Positions 57,186 to 64,000 of a stretch of DNA of 64,000 nucleotides are shown in pieces. How positions within the stretch are numbered: position 1 is the first letter of the stretch; every line of letters begins with the position of its first letter. The notes beneath the pieces were generated by a model. The model saw only the letters and a list, made by a program, of their open reading frames with translations. It searched no databases and was not told the origin of the DNA. The stretch covers positions 277,078,001 to 277,142,000 of the forward strand of contig OZ024743.1 in the NCBI GenBank assembly GCA_964016885.1. The letters run 5' to 3'. Origin of the DNA: Eledone cirrhosa (lineage: Eukaryota). A program made the position numbers and the translations under genes.

Positions 57186-58628
57186 GAGATGCTTTTGTCT
57201 GGTAAAACTCTAGAGTAACAACATTCACTAGTTATCCTTAATAAAATGTGTATGTATACACACACACACATATATATATATATTTGCGCATACACTTAGA
57301 ATTACTGAAAACAAGCTACATACATAAATAACCAACATGATTTATAAATTCGACTGCAAAAGTGAAGACAATTATTAGAACACTCTCTCGAAGTCTTTCC
57401 ATGTATTTACAATTGAAACACATTACATTACACACCAGAAAACAATGATAGATACGAGAACGTTAACAGAAAATACGTCTGTATTATACAAGACTGTGAA
57501 CAAAAATAGCTGTTTAATCATGGAAGGAATACTTATATCGCAACATAGCGGGAAGATTATTATACCATGTAATGTGAATCATGTAGACTGTATACATATG
57601 TCATAAACACGGGACTTATGATTTAAGAGTGAAGCTTTCAGACTACAATTCCGGCTAGATAGTCATATAATGCTGATAAAGAGACAAAGAACGATTAACT
57701 AATTCTTTATTTTGCAGCAAAGGGCTTTTACTTTCTCAAAATGTTACACAAATATATCCCTTTGATTACCATAACAGAAAAGAAAACATATTTACCAAAA
57801 TCTATAGCCTATATTTCTAAGGTACAACTCTATTCTATTTAAAAATATATCATGTAAATACAATTTAATAGTACTGTATACCACTTCAGAAACTCATATG
57901 TCAACAATAATTATGCAGAAAAGATAAGTCAACAACGTCTCGATGACGACGCTGTAAAAATCTAGAAACGTTGATAAAATTGTGGATTTAGGAACTGTGT
58001 TTTTTCAAACGAATTGCAAACGACTGTGAAAAATAAAAAAAAAAGCGAAAACTCAGATGTAGGCGACTTGTTTACAACAAACACAAACACACACGTACAA
58101 ACGCTCTCTCACACACATGCACACACACACCAACTTACACATGATTTCACATCTTTTGAAACAGTCTTGGCTTTTGGTTTAAAGAAAACATTTTACATTA
58201 GTTACATGATGAATGACACAGAATTTGATCCATTTCCAAAATAGTGCCTTTTCCAGAGATGTCTATGTTATGTGAAGAAGGGCTCTCATTCTATCATTTG
58301 GTTTCCAAATATATTTAGAAAGTGCTTTGGTATTATTTAGGTAGGTAGCTTTTAGACAATCAGACATTATATATATATCCTTAATATAATATTTGGAGAG
58401 ATGTCGGTTCGACAACCTATGCTTTTCCGTCCTTATGTCTACCTGGTGAGCTATATATCTACATATCTATAATGGTATCTAGTAGTGCTTCAACACGCAT
58501 ATGTATATAAGCGTGAAGCTAATACAACTTCATGCTATTGCATCCTCTTGTTTGTTCGTTTTTGTTTTCTTCACACACACACACACACACATACACATAC
58601 GCATATATATATATATATATATATATAT

Positions 58629-58803
58629 GAACCAGTAAGACCCCGACAGCTGAGCTCAAGCCGTTTCGACGGAATTAGCCGTCGAAACGGCTTGAGCTCA
58701 GCCGTCGGGGTCTTACTGGTTCCTATTACCCACTCTACTACCCCAAGTATTGAGTACTTTGGTGCGTTATGGTCTACCTGGTTCCTTACCACATTTCCTT
58801 CGT
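58629..58803 (+). mobile_element. Palindromic HHR-half element family, copy C, in (AT)n
   Basis: 44-bp arms 58629-58672 and 58679-58722 (1 mismatch). GAAA at 58684, GTC at 58704-58706. Confidence 0.85.
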
Positions 58804-59040
58804 TATATATATATATATATATATATATAAAGATAAGTATGCATACGTACATACATATATGTATACAGACGTACAGTAGTATGTATATATATACATACAT
58901 GCACACATATATATATATGTACGGATGGATTTACCGAACATTTATTATAATGCTCGGTGTGTTTGTAAACAAACATCCCGAATTAAGCCGTACAGTGTTT
59001 AGCAACCATCGTTGCCCTTTTGTTCAACACTGACAAAGGA

Positions 59041-59083
59041 ACGATGTACTAGTTTCAAGCTTATCAGCTATCGTCAGCACCGT
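59041..59083 (-). ncRNA. Type I hammerhead ribozyme (minimal, palindromic stem III)
   Basis: Minus strand: ACGGTG-CTGACGA-T-AGCT-gata-AGCT-T-GAAA-CTAG-TA-CATCGT. Stem I 6 bp (1 GU), extendable by AAGGA/TCCTT; stem III ACTAGT; GUA site at 59047. Confidence 0.83.
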
Positions 59084-60117
59084 ATCCTTCCTGCCAGATG
59101 ATTGAACGTCTGAAAGTATATACTTTCCTTATGCATATTAACGGCTGAGCAGCCTAATTTGCATATCAAGCATGTATGTATATATATACATACTACTGTA
59201 CGTCTGTATACATATATGTATGTACGTATACATACTTATCTTTAAGTACCAGCCGTACTAAGAGTGAGAAATGAAATTTCGTTTCATTTTTTCCGTTTAT
59301 ATATATATATATGTGCATACATAATGTATATATTAATGTATGTATGCGCCTTTATATGTGCGTGTGAAAAAGAGTGTTTCTTTTGTTCTGTTAAATTCTC
59401 TCTCTCCTTCCCTCACTCTCTAACACAACCTCTCTTACACTCTTTCATTCACTCTCTCCCTCTCACTCTCTCACTCACACACACTCTCTCTCTCTCACAC
59501 ACACACTCTCATGTTTCACTTTAAATAAAACTGCTTTCTTCTTTCACCCAATCAATTTTGAAGAAAAAACGAAACAAATAAAAAAAAAACCGTAAAAAAA
59601 CAACAAAAACAACAACACCACCAAATTCACTCCCATACCTTCCCATCCCACACCACACTTATATAAAATAACAATAGATTTATGCATTTAGTGTTCTTTT
59701 TAATTATCAATAACTGTTGTGGCAAGAAGAACAACAACAGCGGCTGCAGCAACAACGACAACAACAACAGCGGCAGTAGCAGAAAGTCTGAGGAAGACGA
59801 TATTAAGTGTCAAGAGAACAACAACAACAACAATAACAACATTTGTTTTGACAACAACATCACCATTAGCAACAACAACACCAACAACAGCAGCAGCAGC
59901 AGCAGCAGAGCTAAAGAAAGACGATATTAAGTCGCAACTGTAGAATAACAACAACAACTACCAGAGAATCTATTGAAATAACAACAACATCAAGAACAAC
60001 ATTGGCAAAAAGAGAAATAATAATATATTGTAACTATGGCAACTAACATCATTTCTCGTAATCTTGATAAAAATGTATTTGTTAAAAATACCAAACATAG
60101 AAACATAAGTAAGATTA

Positions 60118-60265
60118 CAGTTCAAATCCCGCCGAAGTTAACTTCGTCTTTCATTCTTCCGAGATCGATAAATAAAGTACCAGACATATACTAAGGTTCC
60201 TTTAATCAACTGTCCCTTCCCCTGAAATTACTGGTCTTGTGCCTAAAGTAGAAAGTATTATTATT
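60118..60265 (+). mobile_element. SINE family A, 5'-truncated, (TTA)n tail
   Basis: GTTCAAATCCCGCCGAAGTT..GATAAATAAAGTACCAG..CTTGTGCCTAAAGTAGAAAGTATTATTATT. Confidence 0.8.
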
Positions 60266-60267
60266 GC

Positions 60268-60440
60268 TATTTATCAGCTGAGACCATCATGAAGATGGTC
60301 CCAGCGCCATTCCTTGGCCAGGAAGAGGGTCTTTGGTCTCTGGGAATTTTTCCTACGCTCCTTCTGCTCGACAGGTAGTATCTCACTCTGAAGCAAGTGA
60401 TCATACACTTTTGCAGCAAATATGCCAGTATCAACGACTT
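60268..60440 (-). mobile_element. Short 3' end of a probable R4/Dong-like LINE between (TAA)-type tracts
   Basis: Minus-strand ILAYLLQKCMITCFRVRYYLS resembles the C-terminal QKxxx...RxxL end of RLE LINEs. Flanked by TATTATTATT on both sides. Confidence 0.4.
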
Positions 60441-60479
60441 TATTATTATTATTGTTGTTGTTGTTGAAAACTCTATCAT

Positions 60480-61110
60480 TATGCTCAAATGAAATGATCA
60501 TCGAGAGTTAGTGTCTTTCCAAAAGCCATAAATTCGTATTTTGTAAATTTCATCAGACTATGTACACCACAGAACGTAAGATGTCAAGAACTTGTGTAGA
60601 AGATTGAGTGGCTAACAAATACAGATCCTTAGATTCGAATTTGGCCAATAGTAAAGAAGAACCTTAAAGATATGTTGCCAAAAGCAGAAACCTATGCATT
60701 GAAACCATTGAAAGTAAAGAAAATTAGAAACAGAGGATGTTGCTTGAGAAACTGAGCATAAGAGAAAATATGGAATTACACGATCGATTTGAAAGATAAA
60801 CGAAGGAAGTAAAAGTAGGATCTTCATGGAATTGGTTGATAAAAGGTGATCTTAAGAGATAGACAGAAAGTTTATTAATTGCTGCTCTAACACAAACACG
60901 ATAAGGAATATGTATAACCCTGATGAAACAAATAAGTGTAGGTTATGTGGGAAGATGGTTGAAAGTGTGACACACATCCTGAGTGCCTGTGGCATATTTG
61001 CACAGAAGGAACATAAAAAACGTCAAGATAAAGTGTGCTTATACCTCCATTGGTCTTTATGCAAGAAATATGGGTTTGCAACCAATAAGAAGGTCACTCT
61101 GATATAAAAC
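60480..61110 (+). pseudogene. Decayed R4/Dong-like LINE, CCHC zinc-knuckle region
   Basis: QKQKPMH, WLIKGDLKR*TESLLIAA and KCRLCGKMVESVTHILSACGIFAQKEHKKRQDKVCLYLHWSLCKKYG (Cx2Cx8Hx4C plus an RHD-like motif). Confidence 0.8.
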
Positions 61111-61533
61111 CTGCGACTTCGTTTGCATCCAATGATGTAGATCAGTTCAACTGTTTGGTAAATGTATTTGATGTTCAGAGAGTGGCATTGGCTCCGTGCA
61201 AACCCTTTCCTTGCTTAAAAAAGCTTCAAGCACAGGCATCGCTTGCTATGTGACATTTTTCTCTGGCAGGACTAAAAAGCCATGTCCATCATGTTCATCT
61301 TTAAGTATCAAGTGATAGCGTTAAAAAGAGCTGCAACCATCATATATATATATATGTACCGGGGCGGTGGAAATAGGGGGGAGGGATCCAGCCCCCAGTA
61401 ATTATATTTTTCTCCTCAAACTACCAAAACTTACATCTATTTGTACATGCGCTACTATTTATGTACATGTTATATAGAGACAGATGGGAGAGATAGGTGT
61501 AGACAAAAAGAGGAGGAGAGTTTGGTGGTAATT

Positions 61534-64000
61534 GATATAAATTTCTATTTATTTGCCACCAGGGCATCAAAGATTGGGACAAATACAAAGGGGGGAGTTT
61601 ACATACATTTAAAAAGACGTGTAAGAAACATATAACAAATTAAATTTAATAATCGATGTCCTCAATAGGGAGGGGGCGTTGTCGTGGGTCGCCTTCCCCC
61701 CCCCCCCTGACAAAATGTGCAACCCTCCTCTTCAGGAGCACAAAGAGCGGGTGCTCCCTTCCTCTCCTCCTTCTTCTCCTCTCTCACTTACAGGCTGATA
61801 TAGAGAGAAGGCTCATTCACTCGGGCCATTCTCGCCACTTTCACTCACCTTTCATAAAACTTGCTGGGGTACAGCACCTCTCTCTCCATTCTGATCCTTC
61901 TCCTAAAGTGGTACTTGAAAAAAAGGACCAGTTGTTGGCCGGAGAGAAAGGTGTCTGACCTCAGCCCTTTCAACCTCGTCCACCATACAACTTCTTTCGC
62001 CATAGCTATCACACAGAGGAAAACCGCCTCTCCTTCGTTTTTGAAAGGGGGAGGCGGTTTGATCGTGACAATGTGGTCAACCGGATTGGTCCCACCCACG
62101 ACAGTAGTCGTTCCACATAGCCCCACAGGTCAGCAACGCCCGGGCAGTGTATGAATGCGTGTGCGACGGTTTCCTCGTCACGCACAGATCTCGGATAGAC
62201 CTTCTTCGAGGGGTCCCTACCCGGGCGCCCGTGTCTGTAGAGCTTGTCCCGAACGGGTAGAGCTCCTCGGTAGCATTGCCAAACCAGGGACTTTTGGAAG
62301 TTGTCCATCGGTCCCGGGCCAAACGTCCTACCGAACCGACTAGCTAGCTCGTCTTCGTCCATGCCCAGAGCCTCTCCGAGAGCGTCGTCGCACTTACTGC
62401 GCACCAACCCTCTATAGAATGTTGAGGTTGAGTCTCCACTGATTGCCGGATCCGCTTGCCAGAGGGCCTGGAGCGCCTGGGCACATTCAATGTGCCAGTC
62501 GCCCACTTTTCTCAGTCTTTGCTTGACCCAGGATTGCAGCTCGGTGAGTGACACGAGTCTCGGAAAGGCTCGCCTCACAAACAGGGCCCGCACCGGCTTA
62601 CCAGTGAGGAATACCTGGAGGTGCCGTAGCCTTAATACGTGTCTACGCATCATCAGCCACGGCATCCCCAGCCCTCCGTTCGAAGGGTGTTGACAGCAGA
62701 TGGATCTTCTCACCAAAGGAGCCCGCTTCTTCCAAAGGAATCGGAAGAGCGCCCGCTCCATTTTGGCGAGTGTTTTCTCTGGGCAAGGCACGACGGTCAA
62801 GCGGTAGTAGATGACGGACGCTATATAAGCGTTCGCCACCTCCGCTCGACCTTTCAGGGATAGTTTGCACTCGGCCCACTTCTGGGCGAGTGCAAACACC
62901 CTGCCCGTTACCTCGTCCCAGTTTTTCCCCACCTGGATGTCCGGTCCGAACCAGACCCCGAGCAGCTTCAGCGGTCCTTCCGTCCAGCGTCCGACGATGC
63001 CGTCGGAGTGCATCGGTTTGCCCCTCCATGTTCCGAGTTGCAAACCGACGCACAAGTTCCCGGTTCAGCTTTGCTCCTGTAAACCTTTCGTATTCCTCCA
63101 GTAAGGTGCCGATATGCCCGATTTCCGAGGCGCACGACACCATTACTGTCACGTCATCGGCGTAGGCCGACACCGCTTTCTGCAATCCCGGTTCCAAGGG
63201 GATGCCCTGCAACAGCTCCAGCTTCCGCAGTAGTGGCTCGAGAGCCAGCACATACAGAATGGAGAAGAGAGGACATCCCTGTCGGATGGACTGGTCGGAT
63301 GGACTTGCCGAATCGTGGACTTGTTTCCACTTTTTGCCTCTGTCACTTGGGCCCAGCTAACAGCTTTGGCTCCCTCGTTACCCAGAGCACATATTTTACT
63401 CCTGACAACGCAGCCCTCGTGCTTCGCGTCAAAGAACTGGTCTAGGGCCGTTCTTGACGCCAACACGCCGGCCACGTTGCCACTCCTAATCGCCTCTTCT
63501 ACTCTATCTATTAGTTCTATTCCCTTTCAGTTCTATTCCTATCTGATGCTAATTCCTGACTAAAACCTATCGATTCTATTCTAATTTCTGTCTTGAGAGA
63601 GCCCCACCCCCTGCTGTTGACAATTGCCCCGTCAACCGCTGCTTAACTAGAGTGCTAATCCGCTTACTGTAAGCTTTGTTTGTCGGTAAGGACAAGTTTA
63701 GCTTCCAGTAACCGGGTCCTTGTCTATGGGTTCTATCAAGGTTGACCACTCCGGTCACCAACTTGTGATCCGAATAGTCAACCATGAACATTCGTGGACA
63801 GCTTAATATGTCCCTATCCTTATTTCTAACTAGGAACCTATCTAAGTTCGACCTAGATGTTCCGCTGAGATTAGTCCACGACCACAGTGGCACAGTCGGA
63901 AAATTTAGTCGATATCTATCGGCCAGATCAAATTTGCCGATTAATCGTTTGAGGCTGTTACACCCCCTCTATCGGGACATGCCTCTACATAGTCCCAACG
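61534..64000 (-). mobile_element. Tx1-like (L1 group) LINE: ORF2 pseudogene with internal deletion plus 3' UTR; continues beyond the window
   Basis: APE motifs SNLDRFLV and SDHKLV; GPGYWKLN; VRQGCPLFSILYVLALEPLLRKL; YADD; KLLGVWFG; LSLKGRAEVAN; GGLGMP; degenerate CCHC (EETVAHAFIHC); 3' AATAAA-rich end near 61545. Frameshifted. Confidence 0.93.

Overview
Eukaryotic, gene-poor, repeat-saturated DNA. The SINE families and the (AT)n/(CA)n density suggest an octopus-like cephalopod (inference from recalled repeat sequences, not from a search). Positions 1-29437 are a tandem satellite with a 32-bp monomer (about 920 copies). It has kb-scale higher-order duplications and no net indel over its first 570 monomers. 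Positions 29.4-64 kb are a mosaic of microsatellites, two tRNA-derived SINE families, a hAT MITE, a 20-bp G/T-rich minisatellite, and decayed LINEs (R4/Dong-like, Hero-like, Tx1-like, possibly CR1) plus Penelope-like (PLE) remnants. No host protein-coding gene is supported; most ORF-track entries are translated microsatellites. The most notable signal, invisible to the ORF track, is a cluster of type I hammerhead ribozyme (HHR) folds. Five complete, sequence-unrelated HHRs lie at 47520+, 50105+, 54163+, 54861- and 59041-, with two damaged inverted partners. A three-copy palindromic family folds back at a putative HHR stem II. All sit in short non-coding inserts in (AT)n/(CA)n microsatellites, several as head-to-head inverted repeats. 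Ribozyme activity is predicted from hand-folded structure only.
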